Under the pieces are notes generated by a model that saw nothing but the letters and a program-made list of their open reading frames with translations, ran no database searches and was not told where the DNA came from. A DNA stretch of 41,666 nt, taken from the NCBI GenBank assembly GCA_905215245.1, contig CAJMPC010000001.1, positions 1 to 41,666 on the forward strand, read 5' to 3'. Shown piece after piece: positions 9,466 through 19,596 of this stretch. The DNA comes from an uncultured bacterium (GTDB lineage: Bacteria > Pseudomonadota > Gammaproteobacteria > Enterobacterales > Pasteurellaceae). Position 1 is the stretch's first letter, and every line of letters begins with the position of its first letter. The translations under genes and the position numbers were made by a program.

Positions 9466-10680
9466 TTATTGACGATAAGTCTCTAAGAATCGTGCCAATT
9501 TGCCAATTGCCTCTTCTAATTGACCGGTATAAGGAAGTGTTACCACACGGAAGTGATCCGGTGAATGCCAGTTAAAGCCTTTACCATGAACAAGAAGCAC
9601 TTTCTCTTTACGTAATAAATCGAGCACAAATTTTTCATCACTATGAATGTTGAATTTTTGGATATCGAGTTTCGGGAACATATACATCGCCCCCATTGGT
9701 TTTACGCAGCTAATGCCCGGTATTTGAGTGAGCAATTCATAGGCTTTATTGCGTTGTTCCAGCAAACGACCGCCCGGTTGAACAAATTCATTAATACTTT
9801 GATAGCCACCTAATGCGGTTTGAATGGCGTGCTGCATTGGTACGTTTGCACATAAACGCATAGACGCTAACATATCTAAGCCTTCAATATAGCCTTTAGC
9901 ATGTTGTTTCGGACCATTTAAAATCATCCAACCCTGACGGAAACCCGCAACACGATACGCTTTTGATAAGCCATTGAATGTAATGGTTAATACATCTGGT
10001 GCAAGAGCTGCAATATGGTGGTGGACAGCACCATCGTAGAGAATTTTGTCATAAATCTCGTCTGCAAAAATAATCAGATTATTTTCACGTGCAACTTGGA
10101 TAATTTCTTCAAGTAACTCTTTGCTATAAACTGCACCCGTTGGGTTGTTCGGGTTGATCACGACGATAGCTTTAGTTTTGGCATTAACTTTCGCGCGAAT
10201 ATCATCAATAGCAGGGAACCAACCAGCCTCTTCATCACATAAATAATGTACTGCATTTCCGCCCGCTAAGGTCACAGCCGCTGTCCATAATGGATAGTCT
10301 GGCATTGGAACTAATACTTCATCACCATCATTGAGAAGTGCTTGCATGGACATGGTGATCAATTCTGATACACCATTTCCGATGTACACATCGTTTACTG
10401 TCGCATCATGAATACCTTTAGATTGATAGTATTGCACTATAGCCTTACGTGCCGAATATAACCCTTTGGAATCGCAATAACCTTGTGCAGATGGTAGGTT
10501 TCGGATCACATCGACTAAAATTTCATCAGGCGCTTCAAAACCAAATGGGGCAGGGTTGCCAATATTAAGTTTTAAAATTTTATTGCCTTCTTCTTCTAGG
10601 CGTAAAGCTTCTTTGTGAACCGGTCCACGAATATCGTAGCAAACGTGTTCTAATTTGTCTGATTTCGGAAAAGATCTCAT
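9466..10680 (-). CDS. alaA: Glutamate-pyruvate (alanine) aminotransferase AlaA, PLP-dependent class I
   Basis: KSDKLEHVCYDIRGPV, NPNNPTG, DEIYDK and GLSKAYRVAGFRQGW; start moved to ATG 10680. Confidence 0.92.
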   Translation of the reverse strand: MRSFPKSDKLEHVCYDIRGPVHKEALRLEEEGNKILKLNIGNPAPFGFEAPDEILVDVIRNLPSAQGYCDSKGLYSARKAIVQYYQSKGIHDATVNDVYIGNGVSELITMSMQALLNDGDEVLVPMPDYPLWTAAVTLAGGNAVHYLCDEEAGWFPAIDDIRAKVNAKTKAIVVINPNNPTGAVYSKELLEEIIQVARENNLIIFADEIYDKILYDGAVHHHIAALAPDVLTITFNGLSKAYRVAGFRQGWMILNGPKQHAKGYIEGLDMLASMRLCANVPMQHAIQTALGGYQSINEFVQPGGRLLEQRNKAYELLTQIPGISCVKPMGAMYMFPKLDIQKFNIHSDEKFVLDLLRKEKVLLVHGKGFNWHSPDHFRVVTLPYTGQLEEAIGKLARFLETYRQ

Positions 10681-10834
10681 TAGTAACATCCTATAATAAT
10701 TAGATTTTCATTCAAAAATTACGTCTAATTTACGCTTAAATTCTTATCTTGAAAAGATTTAATAAAAAAATTTTTTGAATGTATTAAAGTGCGGTAGAAT
10801 ATGGGCTAATTTTTTGTGTGTTTTATTATTTTTC

Positions 10835-12115
10835 ATGGGCCCTTTAGAACAAGCTAAATCTGAGCTAATTCGCCAGTTTGAAACCTTGGCGACAACTGAG
10901 CAGCAACCTGCTATTGCACGTCTTCAAACGAAGATGAAATTGGGTGTTGATCTTTTGGCATGGATGAAAGGGCAACTTGTTTATCCACAATTTTATTTAC
11001 GTTTTCGTGATGAAGGTAAAACCGTCGCAGCGGTGGGGAAAGTGCGGTCATTTTCAGATGTGAATTTGGCACAGCAATTTATTCAAGAGTACGATTTCCC
11101 TTTAGTGGGCGGTTTACAGTTCCAAGGTGAAAGCCAGTTTATTTTGCCTCAAGTTTTAATTGAACAACAACATGGTGAGACAGTAGTTTCTGTGTTTGTT
11201 GAAACAAATGAGCTTGATTCAGCAAAAGCGGTGTTGAATTCATTCGAAAAAACAACCGCACTTTTACCACTTAATCAATTAACCATCGAAAGCATGGTGC
11301 CAAAAGCAAACCAAGAAACGTGGTGTGATTGGGTCAATCAAGCACTCACTCGTATTCGACAAGGTGAATTAACCAAGCTTGTGTTAGCAAATGAAACCGT
11401 GTTTGGTCTTCAGAGTAAGTTAAACGGAAAAGATTTTCTTGCAGCAAGCCAAGAAAAAAATAGTGGTTGTTACCATTTTTTATGGGCAGATAATGCAGAA
11501 CACTGTTTTGTAGGTTCGACGCCTGAACGCTTATTCGCACGAGATGATCGTCAGTTATTTACGGAGGCGCTTGCGGGCACAGCAGCTGTTAGTGATAATC
11601 CTAGTGAAAATAATGAACGTGCGAATTGGTTATTAAATGATGAAAAAAACCTCAATGAAAACTGGTTGGTGGTTGAAGATATTTCACAAAATATCAGTCA
11701 CTTAGTGGAACAAATTACCGTTGATGATGTCGCATTAAAGTCATTACGCAAAGTGCAGCATTTGATTCGAAAAATGCAAGCAAAATTGACCGCACTTTGT
11801 ACGGATGCCGATTTACTGAAGGCGATTCATCCAACGGCAGCGGTATCAGGCTTACCACAGCAGCAAGCAAAGAAAGCCTTGGCTGAAATTGAAACTTTTG
11901 ATCGTCGTTGGTATGCCGGAACATTAGGCGTGATGAGCCAACATCTCTCAGAATTTTGTGTTACTATTCGTTCGGCTTTTATTGAAGAAAACCGAGTGCG
12001 TGTATTTGCTGGAGCCGGTATTGTGGAAGGCTCACAACCTGTAGAAGAGTGGTTGGAAATTGAACGTAAAGCGGCAGGGCTCATTTCCCTGTTTGCAGAG
12101 AATAACGGAGAATAA
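10835..12115 (+). CDS. menF: Menaquinone-specific isochorismate synthase
   Basis: Chorismate-binding motifs GSTPERL, EALAGT, HPTAAVSG and FAGAGIV; directly upstream of menD. Start uncertain (10835 preferred). Confidence 0.92.
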   Translation: MGPLEQAKSELIRQFETLATTEQQPAIARLQTKMKLGVDLLAWMKGQLVYPQFYLRFRDEGKTVAAVGKVRSFSDVNLAQQFIQEYDFPLVGGLQFQGESQFILPQVLIEQQHGETVVSVFVETNELDSAKAVLNSFEKTTALLPLNQLTIESMVPKANQETWCDWVNQALTRIRQGELTKLVLANETVFGLQSKLNGKDFLAASQEKNSGCYHFLWADNAEHCFVGSTPERLFARDDRQLFTEALAGTAAVSDNPSENNERANWLLNDEKNLNENWLVVEDISQNISHLVEQITVDDVALKSLRKVQHLIRKMQAKLTALCTDADLLKAIHPTAAVSGLPQQQAKKALAEIETFDRRWYAGTLGVMSQHLSEFCVTIRSAFIEENRVRVFAGAGIVEGSQPVEEWLEIERKAAGLISLFAENNGE

Positions 12116-12120
12116 GAAGA

Positions 12121-13827
12121 ATGTCTGTAAGCGTATTTAATCGTTGTTGGTCAAAGGTGATCTTAGAAACTTTGGTTCGCCAAGGAGTCAGTCACTTTTG
12201 TATTGCGCCCGGTTCACGCTCAACACCTTTAACGCTAGAAGCTGTGCGTTTACAAAATGCCTCTCGAGCAACGTGCCATAGTCACTTTGATGAACGTGGC
12301 TTGGGCTTTTTTGCCTTGGGTATTGCAAAATCTACGCAAGCACCTGTTGCCGTGATTGTAACCTCAGGTACTGCGGCAGCCAATTTATATCCAGCAATTA
12401 TCGAAGCTCGTCAAACAGGCGTGAATTTAATTATTCTTACCGCTGATCGCCCACCTGAATTATGGGAGTGTGGGGCGAATCAAGCGATCGTGCAACAAAA
12501 TATGTTTGCCGATTACCCAGTTGCAAGTGTAAATCTACCGAAACCTCAAGCAGATTATGCGGCGAAATGGTTAATTTCTACGTTAGAGCAAGCTTGCTAT
12601 AAACAAAAACAACAACCAGGCGTGGTACATATCAATGTGCCTTTTGCTGAGCCGCTTTATAATGCGCAAGAACAAGAAATTGACAGCCATCCGTGGTTAA
12701 TGCCAATTCAACGTTGGTTAAGTCAGCCTAAAAATTGGGTTGATCATCAGCCATTGCAACAAGAAGTATTGATGCACGAGAATTGGGATAGTTGGCGCAC
12801 AAAACGTGGTGTGATTGTCGCAGGGCAATTAACCCCAGAACAAGCAATGGGGATTAACTCATGGGCTAATACCATGGGCTGGATTTTGCTGACGGATATT
12901 CAATCTGGTGTCGAGCCGCTTACCCCTTATGCAGATATTTGGTTAGCAAATCAAACCGTGAAACAAAAACTACTTCAAGCTGATATCGTGATTCAATTTG
13001 GTTCTCGTTTTATCAGTAAACGTATTAATCAATTCTTAGCGGAATTCCAAGGCGAATTTTGGGTGGTGGAGCAAAGTCAAAATGCAGTCGATCCAAATCA
13101 CCATACGCAAACTCGCTTTAACGCCAAAGCACATCATTGGTTGCGTGCACATCCGCCATTGCGTCAAAAACCTTGGTTACTCGAGCCACTTGCGCTTTCA
13201 AAATTCTGTGCAACCTTTATCGAACAACAAGTTGGTGGCAATCTTAATGAAGCCTCATTAGCACATCATATTGAACGTGTTTTACCTTACAACGGTATTT
13301 TGTTCTTAGGAAATAGCCTTTTTGTGCGTTTGGTTGATGCGTTAACGAAACTACCAGAAGGATATCCAATTTTTACTAACCGTGGCGCAAGCGGAATTGA
13401 TGGTTTATTAGCAACCGCAGCGGGGATTGGTATTGGTTCGAATCAACCTGTAGTGGCGATGATTGGCGATACGTCCACGCTTTATGATTTGAACTCTTTA
13501 GCATTATTTAAGAACGTGACTCAACCAACCATTATTTTTGTGATTAACAATAATGGTGGTGCAATCTTTGATATGTTGCCGGTGGATGAAGAGGTGAAAG
13601 AGCAGTTCTATCGCTTGCCACATAATGGTGATTTCTCTCAAGTCGCGGCAATGTTTGGCTTAAAATATGCCTTGCCTTACACCTGGGCAGATTTAAGCTC
13701 CGTGTTAAAACAAGCTTATACTCGCCGCCGTGCGACATTAATTGAAATCAAAACAAACCCAAGTGATGGCAGCGCAACCTATAAGCGCTTGATTGAACAA
13801 ATCAGCCACGCGGTGATTGGTGAATAA
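12121..13827 (+). CDS. menD: SEPHCHC synthase MenD
   Basis: APGSRSTPL, HFDERGLGF, TSGTA, NRGASGIDG and the TPP-binding GD...NNNGG motif. Confidence 0.97.
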   Translation: MSVSVFNRCWSKVILETLVRQGVSHFCIAPGSRSTPLTLEAVRLQNASRATCHSHFDERGLGFFALGIAKSTQAPVAVIVTSGTAAANLYPAIIEARQTGVNLIILTADRPPELWECGANQAIVQQNMFADYPVASVNLPKPQADYAAKWLISTLEQACYKQKQQPGVVHINVPFAEPLYNAQEQEIDSHPWLMPIQRWLSQPKNWVDHQPLQQEVLMHENWDSWRTKRGVIVAGQLTPEQAMGINSWANTMGWILLTDIQSGVEPLTPYADIWLANQTVKQKLLQADIVIQFGSRFISKRINQFLAEFQGEFWVVEQSQNAVDPNHHTQTRFNAKAHHWLRAHPPLRQKPWLLEPLALSKFCATFIEQQVGGNLNEASLAHHIERVLPYNGILFLGNSLFVRLVDALTKLPEGYPIFTNRGASGIDGLLATAAGIGIGSNQPVVAMIGDTSTLYDLNSLALFKNVTQPTIIFVINNNGGAIFDMLPVDEEVKEQFYRLPHNGDFSQVAAMFGLKYALPYTWADLSSVLKQAYTRRRATLIEIKTNPSDGSATYKRLIEQISHAVIGE

Positions 13828-13833
13828 TTTCTT

Positions 13834-13861
13834 TCCCCTCTTATATAGAGGGGATTTCTTT
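13834..13861 (+). terminator. Terminator-like hairpin between menD and menH
   Basis: TCCCCTCT-tatat-AGAGGGGA followed by TTTCTTT. Confidence 0.55.
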
Positions 13862-13874
13862 ATATGGCATTATT

Positions 13875-14618
13875 ATGATGAATCTTGTTTTTCTTCATGG
13901 TTTATTAGGTACGAAATCAGATTGGCAAAAAGTCATCGAAAATCTACCGCACTTTCGTTGTTTCTCTCTCGATTTACCGTTTCACGGTGAGAATAAAGTT
14001 GTTGCCGTTGAAGATTTTGAGCAAACCGCTCAGTTCCTTGAAGAACAAATTCAACATCTCATAAAAGATGAGCCCTATATCTTAATTGGTTATTCACTTG
14101 GTGGACGAATCGCACAATATTATGCACTGCAAGCTAGAGTGAAAATAGGGCATTTAAAGGCCGTCATTTTAGAAGGGGCGAATTTAGGTTTACAATCTGA
14201 ACAAGAAAAACAAAGCCGTCTAGTCAATGACAACATGTGGGCTGAGCGTTTTTTCCATGAAAAGCCTGAAACCGTGCTCGAAGATTGGTATCAACAACCT
14301 GTTTTTTCTCATTTAAATGAACAGCAACGTAAGGCATTAATTGAAAAGCGAAAAGCCAATTGTGGGGCAAATATTGGTCATATGTTATTAGCCACTAGTC
14401 TTGCTAAACAGCCTGATTTTCGCGAGAAAGTGCGGTCAAGTTTGCTGCTATTTTTTTATTTTTGTGGTGAACGAGATCAGAAGTTTCGTCAAATGGCAGA
14501 GAATAATCAACTTGATTTAACGCTTATTCCTGACGCTGGTCATAATGCACATTTAGAAAATCCGACATATTTTGCTGAAAAAATCGAAAATATCGTATTA
14601 AAAATTGCTCAACCTTAA
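13875..14618 (+). CDS. menH: SHCHC synthase MenH (alpha/beta hydrolase)
   Basis: FLHGLLG, nucleophile elbow GYSLGGR, GERDQKF and AGHNAHLENP; follows menD. Confidence 0.93.
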   Translation: MMNLVFLHGLLGTKSDWQKVIENLPHFRCFSLDLPFHGENKVVAVEDFEQTAQFLEEQIQHLIKDEPYILIGYSLGGRIAQYYALQARVKIGHLKAVILEGANLGLQSEQEKQSRLVNDNMWAERFFHEKPETVLEDWYQQPVFSHLNEQQRKALIEKRKANCGANIGHMLLATSLAKQPDFREKVRSSLLLFFYFCGERDQKFRQMAENNQLDLTLIPDAGHNAHLENPTYFAEKIENIVLKIAQP

Positions 14619-14671
14619 GGGAAATGCTAGGATTTAGCCCTTTCATTTTATTTGACTCTTAAGGAAGCAAA

Positions 14672-15988
14672 ATGTCCTCACAACTTCGTAATGATCCACT
14701 TAAGGTTGCTTTAGCCTCTATGGTGGGTACCGCAATTGAATTCTTCGATTATTATATCTATGCCGCTGCGGCAGTATTAGTTTTTAACACGCAATTCTTC
14801 CATAGTGGCGATCCGCTTTCAGATGATTTGCTTTCTCTTTCGACATTAGCCTTAGCGTTCTTTGCTCGTCCAATTGGCTCCGCTTTATTTGGGCACTTTG
14901 GTGACAAGATTGGTCGTAAGAAAACCTTGGTCGCCTCTTTGGTTTTAATGGGCGGATCGACGGTCGTTATCGGTTTATTGCCGACTTATTCTCAAATTGG
15001 TATTTGGGCACCGATTTTGTTATGTATTTGCCGAGTCGGTCAGGGTATTGGTCTTGGTGGTGAATGGGGCGGCGCTGCTTTAGTGGCAACAGAAAATGCG
15101 CCAGAAGGAAAACGTGCTTGGTATGGTACATTCCCTCAATTAGGTGCGCCAATAGGTTTATTTGTGGCTAATGCGACCTTCTTCTTAGTGAGCTATTTCT
15201 GGGGGCAACAAGCCCTTGTTGAGTGGGCATGGCGTATCCCGTTTGTTTCTTCTTTAGCCTTAGTTTTAGTTGGGTTGTATGTTCGTTTAACTTTACATGA
15301 GAGCCATGTCTTCGTTGAAGCGGAAGAAAAAGGGAAAAAATTAAAAGCACCAGTGAGTGTGGTATTCACTAAACACTTTAAACCAATGGTGATTGGTACA
15401 TTTATCATGGTGGCAACCTATTCCTTGTTCTATATTATGACCGCCTTTGCTCAAGCGTATTCTCGTACACCGGCAACCCTTTCAGAAGCGGGCTATCCTA
15501 TGGGGTTAGGCATTCCTGCCAATACCTTCACGGGATTACTTTTAATGAGTGCGATTGTTTTTGCGATTTTTATTAGTATTTCAGGTCTTTATGCAGATAA
15601 AATCGGTCGTCGCAAATGGTTAATTTGGACAACAGTCAGCATTTTAATTTTTGCATTATGTATGCCATTATTCCTTGGAAATGGTACACCGGCTTCTGTA
15701 TTTGCTTTCTTAGTAATTGGTATGGCATTAATGGGCATGACATTTGGCCCAATGGCGGCGTTATTACCTGAATTATTCCCAACGGAAGTACGCTATTCTG
15801 GCGCTTCTTTAGCCTACAATATTGCATCCATTATCGGGGCAACCATTGCGGCAATGATTTCATTAAAAATCAATGCGCTCTATGGCTTAATGGGCGTGGG
15901 GATTTATTTAGCCATTAATGCATTCTTAACCTTGTTAGCATTATTAGCCTCAAAAGAAACGAAAAACGTCGATTTAACGCAAATCTAG
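14672..15988 (+). CDS. MFS transporter, metabolite:H+ symporter (MHS) family
   Basis: GTAIEFFDY, GHFGDKIGRK, GLGGEWGGA and ELFPTEVRYSG; about 12 transmembrane segments. Confidence 0.92.
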   Translation: MSSQLRNDPLKVALASMVGTAIEFFDYYIYAAAAVLVFNTQFFHSGDPLSDDLLSLSTLALAFFARPIGSALFGHFGDKIGRKKTLVASLVLMGGSTVVIGLLPTYSQIGIWAPILLCICRVGQGIGLGGEWGGAALVATENAPEGKRAWYGTFPQLGAPIGLFVANATFFLVSYFWGQQALVEWAWRIPFVSSLALVLVGLYVRLTLHESHVFVEAEEKGKKLKAPVSVVFTKHFKPMVIGTFIMVATYSLFYIMTAFAQAYSRTPATLSEAGYPMGLGIPANTFTGLLLMSAIVFAIFISISGLYADKIGRRKWLIWTTVSILIFALCMPLFLGNGTPASVFAFLVIGMALMGMTFGPMAALLPELFPTEVRYSGASLAYNIASIIGATIAAMISLKINALYGLMGVGIYLAINAFLTLLALLASKETKNVDLTQI

Positions 15989-16004
15989 TGACAAATTGAT
16001 AATG

Positions 16005-16036
16005 AAAAAGCTGATGTGAATAACATCAGCTTTTTT
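16005..16036 (+). terminator. Terminator of the MFS gene
   Basis: AAAAAGCTGATGT-gaata-ACATCAGCTTTTTT. Confidence 0.85.
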
Positions 16037-16055
16037 ATTTATTGAAAGGAAGTAA

Positions 16056-16081
16056 TAAAAAAGAGCGTATTGCTACGCTCT
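16056..16081 (-). terminator. Terminator of the MetE-like gene
   Basis: AGAGCGTA-ttgc-TACGCTCT preceded on the + strand by an A-run (U-tail on the minus strand). Confidence 0.7.
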
Positions 16082-16129
16082 CAGATTATAAAAGTGCGGT
16101 TAAAAAACAGTATGTTTTTATGAAAAGAA

Positions 16130-17224
16130 TTAATCTTCACCCCATACTTCTTTAGCAATTTCTTCAACGTAACGGACTTTTGCCCATTGTTGCGCTTCCG
16201 TCATGATATTCCCTTCTTCTGTTGACGCAAAACCACATTGTGGGCTTAAGCAAAGCTGTTCAAGTGGAACATATTGAGTCGCTTCTTCAATGCGTGCTTT
16301 AATAGCCGTTTTATCTTCTAATTCAGGGAATTTTGAACTGATTAAGCCTAATACCACGCGGCCTTTGTGTGGGTTATTGGCAAAGTGTTTTAATGGCTCA
16401 AACCCACCAGAACGTTCGTCATCATATTCAAGGAAGTAGCCATCGTATTGGGTTTGGCCAAATAAAGCATCCGCAATAGGATCGTATGCGCCGGTTAATA
16501 AATAGGTTGAACGGAAATTGCCACGACAAACATGCGTTGTGATAACCATATCTGCTGGTTTAGCGGCTAATACAACTTGAATATTTTCAAGGGCTTGCGC
16601 TTTATCTGCTTCAAATTCTGGTTTTAAGTGATTATTACAGAGTGAACCCCAATACACATCATCAAATTGTAAATAACGGCAACCCGCATCATAGAAGGCT
16701 TTGATCGCATCTTTATAAGCTTGTTGAACATCTTTGGCAAATTCTGCACGCGTCGCATAAACTCCTGTATCCCATTGAATTGGATACATTAATTGATTCG
16801 GACTTGGAATGGTATATTTTACGATGCCACGATCCCCAACAATGTCTTTTAATTTTTTGAAATGTTCGATAAATGGATGGTTTGGATTCCAAGATACTTT
16901 ACCGCAGCAGCGAGTATTGTAAGGTTTGGTTTCCACGCCATTAAATTTATAACCGTGTTCAGGGTGATAACCTTCAATACCATTTAAGTGTTCTAAGAAA
17001 TCGATATGCCAAAATGCACGGCGATATTCTCCATCCGTGATGACTTGAATACCTGCATCTAACTGAGCTTGTACTAATTTTGCAATTTCTTGATCTTCAA
17101 CTTCTGTTAATTGTTCACGCGAAAGTTCACCTGCTGCAAATTTTGCACGGGCTTCTTTTAAAGGTTGAGAACGTAAATATGAGCCCACAGTATCAGCGTG
17201 AAAGGGAAGTGTTTTTGATGTCAT
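16130..17224 (-). CDS. Cobalamin-independent methionine synthase II family protein (single-barrel, YxjG/YxjH-like)
   Basis: 364 aa; ADTVGSYLR, ITDGEYRR, and zinc ligands in HVCRGN, FLEYD and SPQCGFAS; about half the length of full MetE. Confidence 0.88.
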   Translation of the reverse strand: MTSKTLPFHADTVGSYLRSQPLKEARAKFAAGELSREQLTEVEDQEIAKLVQAQLDAGIQVITDGEYRRAFWHIDFLEHLNGIEGYHPEHGYKFNGVETKPYNTRCCGKVSWNPNHPFIEHFKKLKDIVGDRGIVKYTIPSPNQLMYPIQWDTGVYATRAEFAKDVQQAYKDAIKAFYDAGCRYLQFDDVYWGSLCNNHLKPEFEADKAQALENIQVVLAAKPADMVITTHVCRGNFRSTYLLTGAYDPIADALFGQTQYDGYFLEYDDERSGGFEPLKHFANNPHKGRVVLGLISSKFPELEDKTAIKARIEEATQYVPLEQLCLSPQCGFASTEEGNIMTEAQQWAKVRYVEEIAKEVWGED

Positions 17225-17307
17225 GTTTATATCCTTCTTTTCATTTTAGTATGATGATTTTAACGTAAGGATATTTCATGATCAAAGTAATGATTTTTCC
17301 ATTCATG

Positions 17308-17322
17308 ATGAAAATAATTAAT
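17308..17322. promoter_or_regulatory. Possible MetR (LysR-type) site upstream of the MetE-like gene
   Basis: ATGAA-AATAA-TTAAT, one mismatch from ATGAA-N5-TTCAT; the region is AT-rich so a chance match is possible. Confidence 0.3.
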
Positions 17323-17333
17323 GCAGAGAAAGA

Positions 17334-18536
17334 TTAGCCTTCAGCAATTCCCATCGCACAAACGGCAGCCGAACTCCATGCCCATTGGAAATTGTAGCCA
17401 CCTAACCAGCCGACAACATCGAGCACTTCACCGATAAAATAGAGGCCTTTAATCTTTGTGGCTTCCATGGTTTTGGATGAAATCTCATGGGTATCAACAC
17501 CGCCCATCGTGACTTCAGCTGTGCGGTAGCCCTCAGTGCCATTAGGAATGAATTGCCAATTGTGGATTAAATTCTCTAGATTTTCTAACCGCACTTTACT
17601 TAAGTTCGCGATCACTTCGTCTTGAATTAAGCCTTGTTCTAACCAAAGTTCGACTAATTTCTTCGGCAATAAGCGACTTAATACGGTTTTTAGCTGCAAT
17701 TTTGGCGAAGATTGACGCATCTCATCGAGATGATGACGAATATCGTTATAAGGTAATAAATCTAAATGAATGCTCTCACCCGGTTGCCAATAATTTGAAA
17801 TTTGCAAAATGGCTGGACCAGATAAACCGCGATGAGTGAATAACATTTGATGAGTAAAAGTTTTGTTTTGATTCGTCGCAGCCACATCTAATGAAACACC
17901 AGAGAGTGCCGAGTAGAATTTTTCACTTTCTCGCCATGTGAACGGTACAAGGCTTGCACGCGGAGGAATCACATTTAATCCAAACTGTTCTGCAATTTGA
18001 TAGCCAAAAGGCGAAGTGCCTAAGCCAGGCATAGAGAGCCCGCCCGTGGCAATAATCAAATTCTGACATTGCCATTCAACTGCATTTACCTTTAATTTGA
18101 ACCGTGCGTTAGGGATATTTTCAACGGCTTCAATATCACTCACTTCGCTTCGTAGTTGAATGTTGACACCGTATTTGTCACATTCGGCTCCGAGCATCTT
18201 CACAATATCTTCTGCGCCATTATCACAAAATAACTGACCTAATTCTTTTTCGTGGTAAGGGATGCCGTACTCAGCGACTAAAGCAATGAAGTCCCATTGT
18301 GTATAACGTTTTAAGGCGGATTTGACAAAGTGTTTGTTTTGGCTGATATAACGGCTAGAGGTGATTTCCATATTGGTGAAATTACAGAATCCACCGCCAG
18401 ACATTAAAATTTTTCGACCAATTTTTTTACCGTTATCAAAAATGGTGACTTGTTTGCCAAGTTTGCCTAACTGGGCGGCACAAAATAAGCCGGCAGCACC
18501 GGCTCCAATAATGATATTTTCTGAATAATGAGACAT
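17334..18536 (-). CDS. HI0933/YhiN/BaiN-family NAD(P)/FAD-dependent flavoprotein
   Basis: IIIGAGAAG, GRKILMSGGGFCNFTN, ATGGLS, LFTHRGLSGP and GGYNFQWAWSS. Confidence 0.93.
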   Translation of the reverse strand: MSHYSENIIIGAGAAGLFCAAQLGKLGKQVTIFDNGKKIGRKILMSGGGFCNFTNMEITSSRYISQNKHFVKSALKRYTQWDFIALVAEYGIPYHEKELGQLFCDNGAEDIVKMLGAECDKYGVNIQLRSEVSDIEAVENIPNARFKLKVNAVEWQCQNLIIATGGLSMPGLGTSPFGYQIAEQFGLNVIPPRASLVPFTWRESEKFYSALSGVSLDVAATNQNKTFTHQMLFTHRGLSGPAILQISNYWQPGESIHLDLLPYNDIRHHLDEMRQSSPKLQLKTVLSRLLPKKLVELWLEQGLIQDEVIANLSKVRLENLENLIHNWQFIPNGTEGYRTAEVTMGGVDTHEISSKTMEATKIKGLYFIGEVLDVVGWLGGYNFQWAWSSAAVCAMGIAEG

Positions 18537-18539
18537 AGC

Positions 18540-19595
18540 TTATTGTGAGGTTTGTCCTTTTTCAAAATAGTCTATCATTTTGATTCGTTGGATAACAGTA
18601 CGACGATCCACGGCAGCATTACCTGAATCTAATAATTGCTGCCAATAAGCTTTGGCTTTTTCAGCTTCATGATTTTTAAAGGCTTCGGTCGCCAATAATG
18701 TCATTACGGATATTTCATGTTTATCTTGTTTTAACGCCTCATCCATTATTTGCTGGATTTGTGGTGTGATGTTTTGACCGGCTTGATAATAAAGTGCGGT
18801 TGCTTTTAAGCCTAAAATAGCGGGTGTTGTGCCTGAAATTTTTTCTGCATTGCTATAGGCGATGAGCGCATGATCAAATTCATCATTTTGCATGTAGGCA
18901 TCACCTAGCTGAGTCCAAAGCTCAGGGTTATTTACATCTTCTCGAATTTTATTTTGAATTTTGAGCACCATATCTTCTTTTTGATGCACCATTGATGTAT
19001 CTGTTTTTTTATTGGCAAGCTCAAGCATCTCTTTTTCGCCTTGTTGAACACGTTCAAAACGATCAAGGGAGAAGTAATAACCTAAAGGAAGAACTAATAA
19101 AATAGCAAAGACCCAAATGGCGGATTTAGTTTCAAATTTGACCGCACTTTTTTCTTCTTTAGGAGCTCTATGAGGTTGATTTTCGAGTTGTTTTGGCTCG
19201 CCTTCTGATTTTTTAGTAGAAAATAAAATTAATGCAAAAGCCCCAATTAATAACAAAATAGGCAATAGCCAGAGTAGTGCCGTATTCCATTGAAAAGGGG
19301 GCTTATAGTTCACAAAATTACCGAAACGAGCTGTCATCGTGTCGATAATTTGCTGATTTGTTTTTCCTTCATCCACCATTTTATAGACTTCAATGCGTAA
19401 GTCATAAGCAATCGGTGAATTGGACTCAACTAAGTTTTGATTCTGACATTGTGGGCAACGTAAGGATTTTGCTAGCTCAACAGCACGAGTGCGATCGGCT
19501 TGGTTTTTAAACGCATAGGTGTCGACCATTTCTGCGTGAGCAAAAAGGGCAAACGTCAGTAAAAGTGCGGTCAGAAATCGGGTTAATTTTTTCAT
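18540..19595 (-). CDS. nrfF: Fused NrfF (CcmH-like) / NrfG (TPR) heme lyase subunit
   Basis: N-terminal LRCPQCQNQ redox motif, two central hydrophobic segments and a C-terminal TPR-like region (ELWTQLGDAYMQNDEFDHALIAYSNA). Confidence 0.88.
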   Translation of the reverse strand: MKKLTRFLTALLLTFALFAHAEMVDTYAFKNQADRTRAVELAKSLRCPQCQNQNLVESNSPIAYDLRIEVYKMVDEGKTNQQIIDTMTARFGNFVNYKPPFQWNTALLWLLPILLLIGAFALILFSTKKSEGEPKQLENQPHRAPKEEKSAVKFETKSAIWVFAILLVLPLGYYFSLDRFERVQQGEKEMLELANKKTDTSMVHQKEDMVLKIQNKIREDVNNPELWTQLGDAYMQNDEFDHALIAYSNAEKISGTTPAILGLKATALYYQAGQNITPQIQQIMDEALKQDKHEISVMTLLATEAFKNHEAEKAKAYWQQLLDSGNAAVDRRTVIQRIKMIDYFEKGQTSQ

Positions 19596-19596
19596 T

